Of a stretch of DNA of 32,247 nucleotides, positions 31,548 through 32,247 are shown one piece after another. The notes beneath the pieces are model-generated. The model did not search any database, had not been told where the DNA came from, and worked only from the letters and a program-made list of their open reading frames with translations. Position 1 is the stretch's first letter. The number at the start of each line of letters is the position of its first letter. The DNA is from Intoshia linei (lineage: Eukaryota > Animalia > Orthonectida), in contig LWCA01000327.1 in assembly GCA_001642005.1 (NCBI GenBank), forward strand, positions 1 to 32,247. Direction: 5' to 3'. A program made the translations under genes and the position numbers.

Positions 31548-32139
31548 TACCTAACCTTATTGTTATTGTATATTAAATTTTACGTCTCTAAATTTTATTG
31601 ATTTTACGTGATACCGCCATGTTCAAGGTGGTCTAATTTTTTTATTACTCACATAGGGCCTGCAATCTCAACCGTATTGGATAAGAAATGTGAGAAGAGT
31701 TGATCAGCATCAGTATTTTCAATTCTCAACCTATTTACCCAGCAAAATGTAACTACGTTCATCCAAAATTCGATTACGATCAGCAGTTCCAATCTCGTCA
31801 GATTACATTGTCAGTAGAAATATTGAATTTTCAGTTGATATAATGGATTGTCAGTGTTCTAGGTGTCAGTATAAATAATGGATTGTCAATATTTAAATTG
31901 GAAGGACAGTAAAAAAAATTATTTTGTCAAAACTTTAAATATACTGTCAGTATTTAAATTGAATGTTCTGTATAAATTGAAACTGACAAAAAATGCTAAT
32001 GTAAAATATATTACAATACTCTACTATTGTCATAATTATATTCTATTTGTTCTCATAAAAAAATATGGTTTGTAGGTATAATATGATACCTTAATATTTC
32101 AGTTTTAACTTGGGTCTGTAGTAAATGATATAACTCAAA

Positions 32140-32247
32140 AACTCGATTTTTCCATTAAAGGTTGGTAAAAGTGGGTATTCCCATAAGGGTTGATAAAATT
32201 GGGATTTTTTCTTAGGGGTTTGTAAAAGTGGAATTTCCCTAAAGGGC
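32140..32247 (-). repeat. ~29-30-bp minisatellite units, running off the right edge
   Basis: GGTTGGTAAAAGTGG..TT.CCC..AAG-like unit repeated 3-4 times. Same family as 21060-21500. Confidence 0.75.

Noticed and set aside
31563-31810. 3' exons of a convergent minus-strand gene (...LRIENTDADQLFSHFLSNTVEIAGP|DVKFNIQ*)
   Set aside because: It has a GTGAGT donor and would end 15 bp from the TMEM200-like stop, but the frame is short, has no recognisable homology and lacks a clear upstream exon.

Overview
This is very AT-rich eukaryotic (metazoan-type) DNA with spliceosomal GT-AG introns that are either tiny (35-70 nt) or expanded by MITEs. The style resembles a compact, fast-evolving parasite genome such as an orthonectid, but that is inference only. 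Left to right: a degenerate Ty3/gypsy LTR-retrotransposon nest on the minus strand (1-~2800), apparently inside an HMG-CoA synthase intron; the last three exons of HMG-CoA synthase; a ~27-exon meiotic MutS homolog MSH5 whose introns carry nested pogo and hAT MITEs; an orphan hydrophobic ORF flanked by a ~300-bp inverted repeat pair; a CP2/LSF (TFCP2/gemini-like) transcription factor; a shortened CEP70-like gene (minus); a three-CGHC PDIA4/ERp72-like isomerase with no KDEL-type tail; RPS26 (minus); and a two-TM TMEM200-like protein. The most notable patterns are two convergent gene pairs whose stop codons are only 11 and 19 bp apart and share overlapping bidirectional poly(A) signals, PP1-docking (SILK + RVxF) and PDZ motifs in the TMEM200-like tail, a three-level transposon nest, and an LTR-like unit with non-TG..CA ends and a possible self-priming hairpin. 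All gene models were built by eye from splice sites, phase continuity and remembered family motifs. No searches were run.
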